Shown in pieces: positions 1-13,300 of a stretch of DNA of 64,000 nucleotides; position 1 is the stretch's first letter, and the number at the start of each line of letters is the position of its first letter. The stretch is from Utricularia gibba (lineage: Eukaryota > Plantae > Magnoliophyta): positions 1 through 64,000 of the forward strand of contig NEEC01000199.1 of assembly GCA_002189035.1 (NCBI GenBank). Direction: 5' to 3'. Both the position numbers and the translations under genes were made by a program. The notes beneath the pieces were generated by a model. The model did not search any database and had not been told where the DNA came from. It was given only the letters and a program-made list of their open reading frames with translations.

Positions 1-3000
1 GCCGGTCAGCTTCCGTGTTGAAAGCTTCTTCGTCCGAGGATGCATCAGAGCTCGAATTATCGCCTTATAGTAGCCTTCAGATGTGCCACAAATTGGCCAC
101 CACGTTCGCGACGATGCGACTCGGAACACGAGAATCGACGCGATTGTGATTTTCGCTTGCAAAAGATCTGCGTTTTATTGGGTGACGTGAAGTATGGGTT
201 TTCGAGCGATCTCTGAACAAGCTCTGGGTGTGTCCTACCCGCAGCCTCATGGTGGCCTCGCACACCGTTCGGCATTCGTCGATATCTTGAAGATCATGAT
301 GAGTCACGCTGCGCCCGGCATACCGTTTCGAAGCCCGTTCGAGCCGGTCAGCTTCCGTGTTGAAAGCTTCTTCGTCCGAGGATGCATCAGAGCTCGAATT
401 ATCGCCTTATCTTAGCCTTCAGATGTGCCACAAATTGGCCACCACGTTCGCGACGATGCGACTCGGAACACGAGAATCGACGCGATTGTGATTTTCGGTT
501 GCAAAAGATCTGCGTTTTTTTGGGTGACGTGAAGTATGGGTTTTCGAGGCGATCTCTGAACAAGCTCTAGGTGTGTTCCTACCCGCAGCCTCATGGTGGC
601 CTCGCACACCGTTCGGCATCTCGTCGATATCTTGAAAATCATGATGAGTCACGCTGCGCGGCATCTCGTTTCGAAGCCCGTTCCGAGCCGGTCATCTTCC
701 GTGTTGAAAGCTTCTTCCGAGGATGCATCAGAGCTCGAATTATCGCCTTATTAGCCTTCAGATGTGCCACAAATTGGCCACCACGTTCGCGACGATGCGA
801 CTCGGAACACGAGAATCGACGCGATTGTGATTTTCGGCTTGCAAAAGATCTGCGTTTTATTGGGTGACGTGAAGTATGGGTTTTCGAGGCGATCTCTGAA
901 CAAGCTCTGGGTGTGTCCTACCCGCAGCCTCATGGTGGCCTCGCACACCGTTCGGCATCTCGTCGATATCTTGAAGATCATGATGATTCACGCTGCGCCC
1001 GGCATCTCGTTTCGAAGCCCGTTCCGAGCCGGTCATCTTCCGTGTTGAAAGCTTCTTCATCCGAGGATGCATCAGAGCTCGAATTATCGCCTTATTAGCC
1101 TTCAGATGTGCCACAAATTGGCCACCACGTTCGCGACGATGCGACTCGGAAACGAGAATCGACCCGATTGTGATTTTCGGGTTGCAAAACATCTGCGTTT
1201 TATTGGGTGACGTGAAGTATGGGTTTTCGAGGCGATCTCTGAACAAGCTCTAGGTGTGTTCCTACCCGCAGCCTCATGGTGGCCTCGCACACCGTTCGGT
1301 ATTTCGGCCATATCCTGAAAACCGTGATGAGTCACGCTGCGCCCCGGCATACCGTTTCGAACCCCTTTCCGTGCCGGTCAGCTTCCGTGTTGAAAGCTTC
1401 TTCGTCGAGGATGCATCAGAGCTCGAATTATCGCCTTATAGTAGCCTTCAGATGTGCCACAAATTGGCCACCACGTTCGCGACGATGCGACTCGGAAAAC
1501 GAGAATCGACCGATTGTGATTTTCGGCTTGCAAAACATCTGCGTTTTATTGGGTGACGTGAAGTATGGGTTTTCGAGGCGATCTCTGAACAAGCTCTAGG
1601 TGTGTTCCTACCCGCAGCCTCATGGTGGCCTCGCACACCGTTCGGTATTTCGGCGATATCCTGAAAAACCGTGATGAGTCACGCTGCGCCCGGCATACCG
1701 TTTCGAACCCCTTTCCGTGCCGGTCAGCTTCCGTGTTGAAAGCTTCTTCGTCCGAGGATGCATCAGAGCTCGAATTATCGCCTTATAGTAGCCTTCAGAT
1801 GTGCCACAAATTGGCCACCACGTTCGCGACGATGACTCGTAACACGAGAATCGACGCGATTGTGATATTCGCTTGCAAAACATCTGCGTTTTATTGGGTG
1901 ATGTGAAGTATGGGTTTTCGAGGCGATCTCTGAACAAGCTCTAGGTGTGTTCCTACCCACAGCCTCATGGTGGCCTCGCACACCGTTCGGCATCTCGTCG
2001 ATATCTTGAAGATCATGATGATTCACGCTGCGCCCGGCATCGTTTCGAAGCCCGTTCCGAGCCGGTCATCTTCCGTGTTGAAAGCTTCTTCATCCGAGGA
2101 TGCATCAGAGCTCGAATTATCGCCTTATTAGCCTTCAGATGTGCCACAAATTGGCCACCACGTTCGCGACGATGCGACTCGGAACACGAGAATCGACGCG
2201 ATTGTGATTTTCGGCTTGCAAAAGATCTGCGTTTTATTGGTGACGTGAAGTATGGGTTTTCGAGGCGATCTCTGAACAAGCTCTGGTGTGTCCTACCCGC
2301 AGCCTCATGGTGGCCTCGCACACCGTTGGTATTTCGGCGATATCCTTAAAACCGTGATGAGTCACGCTGCGCCCGGCATACCGTTTCGAACCCCTTTCCG
2401 TGCCGGTCATCTTCCGTGTTGAAAGCTTCTTTTCCGAGGATGCATCAGAGCTCGAATTATCGCCTTATCTTAGCCTTAGATGTGCCACAAATTGCCACCA
2501 CGTTCGCGACGATGCGACTCGGAACACGAGAATCGACGCGATTGTGATTTTCGGCTTGCAAAACATCTGCGTTTTATTGGGTGACGTGAAGTATGGGTTT
2601 TCGAGGCGATCTCTGAACAAGCTCTAGGTGTGTCCCTACCCGCAGCCTCATGGTGGCCTCGCACACCGTTCGGCATTCTCGTCGATATCTTGAAGATCAA
2701 GATGAGTCACGCTGCGCCCGGCATACCGTTTCGAAGCCCGTTCCGAGCCGGTCATCTTCCGTGTTGAAAGCTTCTTCGTCCGAGGATGCATCAGAGCTCG
2801 AATTATCGCCTTATCTTAGCCTTCAGATGTGCCACAAATTGGCCACCACGTTCGCGACGATGCGTTTCGGAACACGAGAATCGACGCGATTGTGATTTTC
2901 GGCTTGCAAAAGATCTGCGTTTTATTGGATGACGTGAAGTATGGGTTTTCGAGGCGATCTCTGAACAAGCTGGGTGTGTCCCTACCCGCAGCCTCATGGT

Positions 3001-6000
3001 GGCCTCGCACACCGTTCGGTATTTCGGCCATATCCTGAAAACCGTGATGAGTCACGCTGCGCCGGCATACCGTTTCGAAGCCCGTTTGCCGGTCATCTTC
3101 CGTGTTGAAAGCTTCTTCATCCGAGGATGCATCAGAGCTCGAATTATCGCCTTATCTTAGCCTTCAGATGTGCCACAAATTGGCCACCACGTTCGCGACG
3201 ATGCGACTCGGAACACGAGAATCGACGCGATTGTGATTTTCGGCTTGCAAAAATCTGCGTTTTATTGGTGACGTGAAGTATGGGTTTTCGAGGCGATCTC
3301 TGAACAAGCTCTAGGTGTGTTCCTACCCGCAGCCTCATGGTGGCCTCGCACACCGTTCGGCATCTCGTCGATATCTTGAAGATCATGATGATTCACGCTG
3401 CGCCCGGCATCTCGTTTCGAAGCCCGTTCCGAGCCGGTCATCTTCCGTGTTGAAAGCTTCTTCGTCCGAGGATGCATCAGAGCTCGAATTATCGCCTTAT
3501 AGTAGCCTTCAGATGTGCCACAAATTGGCCACCACGTTCGCGACGATGCGACTCGGAACACGAGAATCGACGCGATTGTGATTTTCGGCTTGCAAAACAT
3601 CTGCGTTTTATTTGACGGGGGAAGGGGCGATTCTCTGAACAAGCTCTGGGTGTGTCCTACCCGCAGCCTCATGGTGGCCTCGCACACCGTTCGGCATTCG
3701 TCGATATCTTGAAGATCAAGATGAGTCACGCTGCGCCCGGCATACCGTTTCGAAGCCCGTTCGAGCCGGTCATTCGTGTTGAAAGCTTCTTCATCCGAGG
3801 ATGCATCAGAGCTCGAATTATCGCCTTATCTTAGCCTTCAGATGTGCCACAAATTGGCCACCACGTTCGCGACGATGCGACTCGGAACACGAGAATCGAC
3901 GCGATTGTGATTTTCGGCTTGCAAAAGATCTGCGTTTTATTGGGGATGACGAAGTATGGGTTTTCGAGGCGATCTCTGAACAAGCTCTAGGTGTGTTCCT
4001 ACCCGCAGCCTCATGGTGGCCTCGCACACCGTTCGGCATTCGTCGATATCTTGAAATCATGATGATTCACGCTGCGCCCGGCATCCGTTTCGAACCCGTT
4101 CCGAGCCGGTCATCTTCCGTGTTGAAAGCTTCTTCGTCCGAGGATGCATCAGAGCTCGAATTATCGCCTTATAGTAGCCTTCAGATGTGCCACAAATTGG
4201 CCACCACGTTCGCGACGATGCGACTCGAACACGAGAATCGACGCGATTGTGATTTTCGGCTTGCAAAACATCTGCGTTTTATTGGTGACGTGAAGTATGG
4301 GTTTTCGAGGCGATCTCTGAACAAGCTCTAGGTGTGTTCCTACCCGCAGCCTCATGGTGGCCTCGCACACCGTTCGGCATCTCGTCGATATCTTGAAGAT
4401 CATGATGATTCACGCTGCGCCCGGCATCTCGTTTCGAAGCCCGTTCCGAGCCGGTCATCTTCCGTGTTGAAAGCTTCTTCATCCGAGGATGCATCAGAGC
4501 TCGAATTATCGCCTTATAGTAGCCTTCAGATGTGCCACAAATTGGCCACCACGTTCGCGAGGATGCGACTCGGAACATGAGAATCGACGCGATTGTGATT
4601 TTCGGCTTGCAAAGGATCTGCGTTTTATTGGATGACGGGAAGTATGGGTTTTCGATGCGATCTCTGAACAAGCTCTGGGTGTGTCCCTACCCGCAGCCTC
4701 ATAGTGGCCTCGTACACCGCTCGGTATTTCGGCGATATCCTGAAAACCGTGATGAGTCACACTGCGCTCGGCATACCGTTTCGAACCCCTTTCCGTGCCG
4801 GTCAGCTTCCGTGTTGGAAGCTTCTTCGTACGAGGATGCATCAGAGCTTGAATTATCGCCTTATCTTAGCCTTCAGATGTGCCACAAATTGGCACCACGT
4901 TCGCGACGATCAGTTTCGGAACACGAGAATCGACGCGATTGTGATTTTCGGCTTGCAAAAGATCTGCGTTTTATTGGTGACGTGAAGTATGGGTTTTCGA
5001 GGCGATCTCTAAACAGCTCTAGGTGTGTTCCTACCTGCAGCCTCATGGTGGCCTCGCACACCGTTCGGCATCTCGTCGATATCTTGAAGATCAAGATGAG
5101 TCACGCTGCGCCCGGCATACCGTTTCGAAGCCCGTTCCGAGCCGGTCATCTTCCGTGTTGAAAGCTTCTTCATCCGAGGATGCATCAGAGCTCGAATTAT
5201 CGCCTTATCTTACCTTCAGATGTGCCACAAATTGGCCACCACGTTCGCGACGATGAGTTTCGGAACACGAGAATCGACGCGATTGTGATTTTCGGCTTGC
5301 AAAAGATCTGCGTTTTATTGGGTGACGTGAAGTATGGGTTTTCGAGGCGATCTCTGAACAAGCTCTGGGTGTGTCCTACCCGCAGCCTCATGGTGGCCTT
5401 GCACACCGTTCGGCATCTCGTCGATATCTTGAAGATCATGATGATTCACGCTGCGCCCGGCATCTCGTTTCGAAGCCCGTTCCGAGCCGGTCATCTTCCG
5501 TGTTGAAAGCTTCTTCATCCGAGGATGCATCAGAGCTCGAATTATCGCCTTATAGTAGCCTTCAGATGTGCCACAAATTGGCCACCACGTTCGCGACGAT
5601 GCGACTCGAACACGAGAATCGACGCGATTGTGATTTCGCTTGCAAAACATCTGCGTTTTATTGGGTGACGTGAAGTATGGGTTTTCGAGGCGATCTCTGA
5701 ACAAGCTCTAGGTGTGTTCCTACCCACAGCCTCATGGTGGCCTCGCACACCGTTCGGCATCTCGTCGATATCTGAAGATCATGATGAGTCACGCTGCGCC
5801 CGGCATCCGTTTCGAAGCCCGTTCCGAGCCGGTCATCTTCCGTGTTGAAAGCTTCTTCATCCGAGGATGCATCAGAGCTCGAATTATCGCCTTATAGTAG
5901 CCTTCAGATGTGCCACAAATTGGCCACCACGTTCGCGACGATGCGACTCGAACACAAGAATCGACGCGATTGTGATTTCGGCTTGCAAACATCTGCGTTT

Positions 6001-8643
6001 TATTGGATGACGGAAGTATGGGTTTTCGATGCGATCTCTGAACAAGCTCTGGGTGTGTCCTACCCGCAGCCTCATGTGGCCTCGCACACCGCTCGGTATT
6101 TCGGCGATATCCTGTTGATGAGTCACACTGCGCCGGCATACCGTTTCGAACCCCTTTCCCCGGTCAGCTTCCGTGTTGGAAGCTTCTTCGTACGAGGATG
6201 CATCAGAGCTTGAATTATCGCCTTATCTTAGCCTTGAGATGTGCCACAAATTGGCACCACGTTCGCGACGATCGTTTCAAACACGAGAATCGACGCGATT
6301 GTGATTTTCGGCTTGCAAAAGATCTGCGTTTTATTGGGTGACGTGAAGTATGGGTTTTCGAGGCGATCTCTGAACAAGCTCTGGGTGTGTCCCTACCCGC
6401 AGCCTCATGGTGGCCTCGCACACCGTTCGGCATCTCGTCGATATCTTGAAGATCATGATGAGTCACGCTGCGCCCGGCATCCGTTTCGAAGCCCGTTCCG
6501 AGCCGGTCATCTTCCGTGTTGAAAGCTTCTTCATCCGAGGATGCATCAGAGCTCGAATTATCGCCTTATAGTAGCCTTCAGATGTGCCACAAATTGGCCA
6601 CCACGTTCGCGACGATGCGACTCGGAACACGAGAATCGACGCGATTGTGATTTTCGGCTTGCAAAAGGATCTGCGTTTTATTGGTGACGTGAAGTATGGG
6701 TTTTCGAGGCGATCTCTGAACAAGCTCTGGGTGTGTCCCTACCCGCAGCCTCATGGTGGCCTCGCACACCGTTCGGTATTTCGGCGATATCCTGAAAACC
6801 GTGATGAGTCACGCTGCGCCGGCATACCGTTTCGAACCCCTTTCCGTGCCGGTCAGCTTCCGTGTTGGAAGCTTCTTCGTCCGAGGATGCATCAGAGCTC
6901 GAATTATCGCCTTATCTTAGCCTTCAGATGTGCCACAAATTGGCACCACGTTCGCGACGATTCGGAAACGAGAATCGACGCGATTGTGATTTTCGGCTTG
7001 CAAAAGATCTGCGTTTTATTGGGTGACGTGAAGTATGGGTTTTCGAGGCGATCTCTGAACAGCTCTAGGTGTGTTCCTACCGCAGCCTCATGGTGGCCTC
7101 GCACACCGTTCGGCATCTCGTCGATATCTTGAAGATCAAGATGAGTCACGCTGCGCCCGGCATACCGTTTCGAAGCCCTTTCCGAGCCGGTCATCTTCCG
7201 TGTTGAAAGCTTCTTCATCCGAGGATGCATCAGAGCTCGAATTATCGCCTTATCTTAGCCTTCAGATGTGCCACAAATTGGCCACCACGTTCGCGACGAT
7301 GAGTTTCGGAACACGAGAATCGACGCGATTGTGATTTTCGGCTTGCAAAAGATCTGCGTTTTATTGGGTGACGTGAAGTATGGGTTTTCGAGGCGATCTC
7401 TGAACAAGCTCTGGGTGTGTCCCTACCCGCAGCCTCATGGTGGCCTCGCACACCGTTCGGCATCTCGTCGATATCTTGAAGATCATGATGATTCACGCTG
7501 CGCCCGGCATCTCGTTTCGAAGCCCGTTCCGAGCCGGTCATCTTCCGTATTGAAAGCTTCTTCATCCGAGGATGCATCAGAGCTCGAATTATCGCCTTAT
7601 AGTAGCCTTCAGATGTGCCACAAATTGGCCACCACGTTCGCGACGATGCGACTCGAACACGAGAATCGACGCGATTTGTGATTTCGGCTTGCAAAACATC
7701 TGCGTTTTATTGGGTGACGTGAAGTATGGGTTTTCGAGGCGATCTCTGAACAAGCTCTAGGTGTGTTCCTACCCACAGCCTCATGGTGGCCTCGCACACC
7801 GTTCGGCATTTCGTCGATATCTTGAAGATCATGATGAGTCACGCTGCGCCCGGCATACCGTTTCGAAGCCCGTTCCGAGCCGGTCATCTTCCGTGTTGAA
7901 AGCTTCTTCGTCCGAGGATGCATCAGAGCTCGAATTATCGCCTTATAGTAGCCTTCAGATGTGCCCAAAATTGGCCACCACGTTCGCGACGATGGACTCG
8001 AACACAAGAATCGACGCGATTGTGATTTTCGGCTTGCAAAGATCTGCGTTTTATTGGATGACGTGAAGTATGGGTTTTCGAGGCGATCTCTGAACAAGCT
8101 CTAGGTGTGTCCCTACCCGCAGCCTCATGGTGGCCTCGCACACCGTTCGGTATTTCGGCGATATCCTGAAAACCGTGATGAGTCACGCTGCGCCGGCATA
8201 CCGTTTCGAACCCCTTTCCGTGCCGGTCAGCTTCCGTGTTGAAAGCTTCTTCGTCCGAGGATGCATCAGAGCTCGAATTATCGCCTTATCTTAGCCTTCA
8301 GATGTGCCACAAATTGGCACCACGTTCGCGACGATTTTCGGAACACGAGAATCGACGCGATTGTGATTTTTCGGCTTGCAAAAGATCTGCGTTTTATTGG
8401 GTGACGTGAAGTATGGGTTTTCGAGGCGATCTCTGAACAAGCTCTGGGTGTTCCTACCCGCAGCCTCATGGTGGCCTCGCACACCGTTCGGCATCTCGTC
8501 GATATCTTGAAGATCATGATGATTCACGCTGCGCCCGGCATCTCGTTTCGAAGCCCGTTCCGAGCCGGTCATCTTCCGTGTTGAAAGCTTCTTCATCCGA
8601 GGATGCATCAGAGCTCGAATTATCGCCTTATAGTAGCCTTCAG

Positions 8644-10365
8644 ATGTGCCACAAATTGGCCACCACGTTCGCGACGATGCGACTCGGAACACGAGAATCG
8701 ACGCGATTGTGATTTTCGGCTTGCAAAGGATCTGCGTTTTATTGGATGACGGAAGTATGGGTTTTCGATGCGATCTCTGAACAAGCTCTGGGTGTGTCCC
8801 TACCCGCAGCCTCATAGTGGCCTCGTACACCGCTCGGTATTTCGGCGATATCTGAAAACCGTGATGAGTCACACTGCGCCGGCATACCGTTTCGAACCCC
8901 TTTCCGTGCCGGTCAGCTTCCGTGTTGAAGCTTCTTCGTCCGAGGATGCATCAGAGCTTGAATTATCGCCTTATCTTAGCCTTCAGATGTGCCACAAATT
9001 GGCAACCACGTTCGCGACGATCAGTTTCGAAACGAGAATCGACGCGATTGTGATTTTCGGCTTGCAAAAGATCTGCGTTTTATTGGGTGACGTGAAGTAT
9101 GGGTTTTCGAGGCGATCTCTAAACAGCTCTAGGTGTGTTCCTACCGCAGCCTCATGGTGGCCTCGCACACCGTTCGGCATCTCGTCGATATCTTGAAGAT
9201 CAAGATGAGTCACGCTGCGCCCGGCATACCGTTTCGAAGCCCGTTCCGAGCCGGTCATCTTCCGTGTTGAAAGCTTCTTCATCCGAGGATGCATCAGAGC
9301 TCGAATTATCGCCTTATCTTAGCCTTCAGATGTGCCACAAATTGGCCACCACGTTCGCGACGATGAGTTTCGGAACACGAGAATCGACGCGATTGTGATT
9401 TTCGGCTTGCAAAAGATCTGCGTTTTATTGGGTGACGTGAAGTATGGGTTTTCGAGGCGATCTCTGAACAAGCTCTGGGTGTGTCCCTACCCGCAGCCTC
9501 ATGGTGGCCTCGCACACCGTTCGGCATTTCGTCGATATCTTGAAATCATGATGAGTCACGCTGCGCCCGGCATCCGTTTCGAAGCCCGTTCCGAGCCGGT
9601 CATCTTCCGTATTGAAAGCTTCTTCGTCCGAGGATGCATCAGAGCTCGAATTATCGCCTTATAGTAGCCTTCAGATGTGCCACAAATTGGCCACCACGTT
9701 CGCGACGATGCGACTCGAACACGAGAATCGACGCGATTGTGATTTTCGGCTTGCAAAACATCTGCGTTTTATTGGGTGATGTGAAGTATGGGTTTTCGAG
9801 GCGATCTCTGAACAAGCTCTAGGTGTGTTCCTACCCGCAGCCTCATGGTGGCCTCGCACACCGTTTGGTATTTCGGCCATATCCTGAAAACCGTGATGAG
9901 TCACGCTGCGCCCGGCATACCGTTTCGAACCCCTTTCTGTGCCGGTCAGCTTCCGTGTTGAAAGCTTCTTCGTCCGAGGATGCATCAGAGCTCGAATTAT
10001 CGCCTTATAGTAGCCTTCAGATGTGCCACAAATTGGCCACCACGTTCGCGACGATGCGACTCGTAACACAAGAATCGACGCGATTGTGATATTCGGCTTG
10101 CAAAACATCTGCGTTTTATTGGGTGATGTGAAGTATGGGTTTTCGAGGCGATCTCTGAACAAGCTCTAGGTGTGTTCCTACCCACAGCCTCATGGTGGCC
10201 TCGCACACCGTTCGGCATCTCGTCGATATCTTGAAGATCATGATGATTCACGCTGCGCCCGGCATCTCGTTTCGAAGCCCGTTCCGCCGGTCATCTTCCG
10301 TGTTGAAAGCTTCTTCATCCGAGGATGCATCAGAGCTCGAATTATCGCCTTATAGTAGCCTTCAG
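8644..10365. repeat. Complete pentamer HOR unit G-H-I-J-K (about 1.72 kb)
   Basis: G 8644 (aaaGGatct, catAgtgg, cgTacaccgCtc), H 8987 (gatCagtttc, ctctAaac), I 9330 (gAgtttcgg, ccgtAttg), J 9675 (gttTggtatttcggcCat), K 10021 (cgTaacacAag, gatAttc, cccAcag). Confidence 0.8.
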
Positions 10366-13300
10366 ATGTGCCACAAATTGGCCACCACGTTCGCGAGGAT
10401 GCGACTCGGAAAACAAAGAATCGACGCGATTGTGATTTTCGGCTTGCAAAGGATCTGCGTTTTATTGGATGACGGGAAGTATGGGTTTTCGATGCGATCT
10501 CTGAACAAGCTCTCTGGGTGTGTCCCTACCCGCAGCCTCATAGTGGCCTCGTACACCGCTCGGTATTTCGGCGATATCCTGAAAACCGTGATGAGTCACA
10601 CTGCGCTCGGCATACCGTTTCGAACCCCTTTCCGTGCCGGTCAGCTTCCGTGTTGAAGCTTCTTCGTCCGAGGATGCATCAGAGCTCGAATTATCGCCTT
10701 ATAGTAGCCTTCAGATGTGCCACAAATTGGCCACCACGTTCGCGACGATGCGACTCGGAACACAAGAATCGACGCGATTGTGATTTTCGGCTTGCAAAGG
10801 ATCTGCGTTTTATTGGATGACGGGAAGTATGGGTTTTCGATGCGATCTCTGAACAAGCTCTGGGTGTGTCCCTACCCGCAGCCTCATAGTGGCCTCGTAC
10901 ACCGTCGGTATTTCGGCGATATCCTGAAAACCGTGATGAGTCACACTGCGCTCGGCATACCGTTTCGAACCCCTTTCCGTGCCGGTCAGCTTCCGTGTTG
11001 AAGCTTCTTCGTACGAGGATGCATCAGAGCTTGAATTATCGCCTTATCTTAGCCTTGAGATGTGCCACAAATTGGCAACCACGTTCGCGACGATCAGTTT
11101 CAGAAACACGAGAATCGACGCGATTGTGATTTTCGGCTTGCAAAAGATCTGCGTTTTATTGGGTGACGTGAAGTATGGGTTTTCGAGGCGATCTCTAAAC
11201 ATGCTCTAGGTGTGTTCCTACCTGCAGCCTCATGGTGGCCTCGCACACCGTTCGGCATCTCGTCGATATCTTGAAGATCAAGATGAGTCACGCTGCGCCC
11301 GGCATACCGTTTCGAAGCCCGTTCCGAGCCGGTCATCTTCCGTGTTGAAAGCTTCTTCATCCGAGGATGCATCAGAGCTCGAATTATCGCCTTATCTTAC
11401 CCTTCAGATGTGCCACAAATTGGCCACCACGTTCGCGACGATGAGTTTCGGAACACGAGAATCGACGCGATTGTGATTTTCGGCTTGCAAAAGATCTGCG
11501 TTTTATTGGGTGACGTGAAGTATGGGTTTTCGAGGCGATCTCTGAACAAGCTCTGGGTGTGTCCTACCCGCAGCCTCATGGTGGCCTTGCACACCGTTCG
11601 GTATTTCGCCATATCCTGAAAACCGTGATGAGTCACGCTGCGCCCGGCATACGTTTCGAACCCCTTTCCGTGCCGGTCAGCTTCCGTGTTGAAAGCTTCT
11701 TCGTCCGAGGATGCATCAGAGCTCGAATTATCGCCTTATAGTAGCCTTCAGATGTGCCACAAATTGGCCACCACGTTCGCGACGATGCGACTCGTAACAC
11801 AAGAATCGACGCGATTGTGATTTTCGCCTTGCAAAACATCTGCGTTTTATTGGTGACGTGAAGTATGGGTTTTCGAGGCGATCTCTGAACAAGCTCTAGG
11901 TGTGTTCCTACCCACAGCCTCATGGTGGCCTCGCACACCGTTCGGCATCTCGTCGATATCTTGAAGATCATGATGATTCACGCTGCGCCCCGGCATCTCG
12001 TTTCGAAGCCCGTTCCGAGCCGGTCATCTTCCGTATTGAAAGCTTCTTCATCCGAGGATGCATCAGAGCTCGAATTATCGCCTTATAGTAGCCTTCAGAT
12101 GTGCCACAAATTGGCCACCACGTTCGCGAGGATGCGACTCGGAAAACGAGAATCGACGCGATTGTGATTTTCGGGTTGCAAAACATCTGCGTTTTATTGG
12201 GTGACGTGAAGTATGGGTTTTCGAGGCGATCTCTGAACAAGCTCTAGGTGTGTTCTACCGCAGCCTCAAGGTGGCCTCGCACACCGTTGGTATTTCGGCC
12301 ATATCCTGAAAACCGTGATGAGTCACGCTGCGCCCGGCATACCCGTTTCGAACCCCTTTCGTGCCGGTCAGCTTCCGTGTTGAAAGCTTCTTCGTCCGAG
12401 GATGCATCAGAGCTCGAATTATCGCCTTATAGTAGCCTTCAGATGTGCCACAAATTGGCCACCACGTTCGCGACGATGCGACTCGTAACACAAGAATCGA
12501 CGCGATTGTGATTTCGCCTTGCAAAACATCTGCGTTTTATTGGGTGATGTGAAGTATGGGTTTTCGAGGCGATCTCTGACAAGCTCTAGGTGTGTTCCTA
12601 CCCAGCCTCATGGTGGCCTCGCACACCGTTCGGCTCGTCGATATCTTGAAGATCATGATGATTCACGCTGCGCCCGGCATCTCGTTTCGAAGCCCGTTCC
12701 GAGCCGGTCATCTTCCGTGTTGAAAGCTTCTTCATCGAGGATGCATCAGAGCTCGAATTATCGCCTTATAGTAGCCTTCAGATGTGCCACAAATTGGCCA
12801 CCACGTTCGCGACGATGCGACTCGGAACACGAGAAATCGACGCGATTGTGATTTTCGGCTTGCAAAGGATCTGCGTTTTATTGGATGACGTGAAGTATGG
12901 GTTTTCGAGCGATCTCTGAACAAGCTCTGGTGTGTCCCTACCCGCAGCCTCATGTGGCCTCGCACACCGTCGTATTTCGGCGATATCCTGAAAACCGTGA
13001 TGAGTCACACTGCGCCGGCATACCGTTTCGAACCCCTTTCCGTGCCGGTCAGCTTCCGTGTTGAAAGCTTCTTCGTCGAGGATGCATCAGAGCTTGAATT
13101 ATCGCCTTATCTTAGCCTTGAGATGTGCCACAAATTGGCAACCACGTTCGACGATCAGTTTCAGAACACGAGAATCGACGCGATTGTGATTTTCGGCTTG
13201 CAAAAGATCTGCGTTTTATTGGGTGACGTGAAGTATGGGTTTTCGAGGCGATCTCTAAACATGCTCTAGGTGTGTTCCTACCTGCAGCCTCATGGTGGCC

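Noticed and set aside
14-190. 5S rDNA array (CGTGTTG, CATCAGAgCTC and TGGGTGAC resemble parts of plant 5S rRNA as I recall it)
   Set aside because: The order and spacing of the three short matches are incompatible with a 120-nt 5S gene.
196-204. Telomere-like GGGTTTT
   Set aside because: It is a single heptamer per monomer, with no tandem telomeric tract.
81-422. Internal dimer of two about 173-bp subunits
   Set aside because: Only TGGCC and CGTTCG recur, at offsets of 162-166, and the rest does not align.
1355-1390. tRNA/SINE Pol III promoter: B-box-like GGTTCGAAAC on the minus strand of B monomers with A-box-like AAGCTGACCGG
   Set aside because: The boxes are only about 10 bp apart, the A box has mismatches, and there is no cloverleaf.
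3611-3632. G-rich anomaly tttgacgggggaaggggcgatt
   Set aside because: A single garbled stretch with a net loss of about 14 bp and no template; most likely a base-calling error.
4806-4825. CENP-B box resemblance (cttccgtgttggaagc)
   Set aside because: No TTCG in the consensus on either strand fits NTTCGNNNNANNCGGGN.
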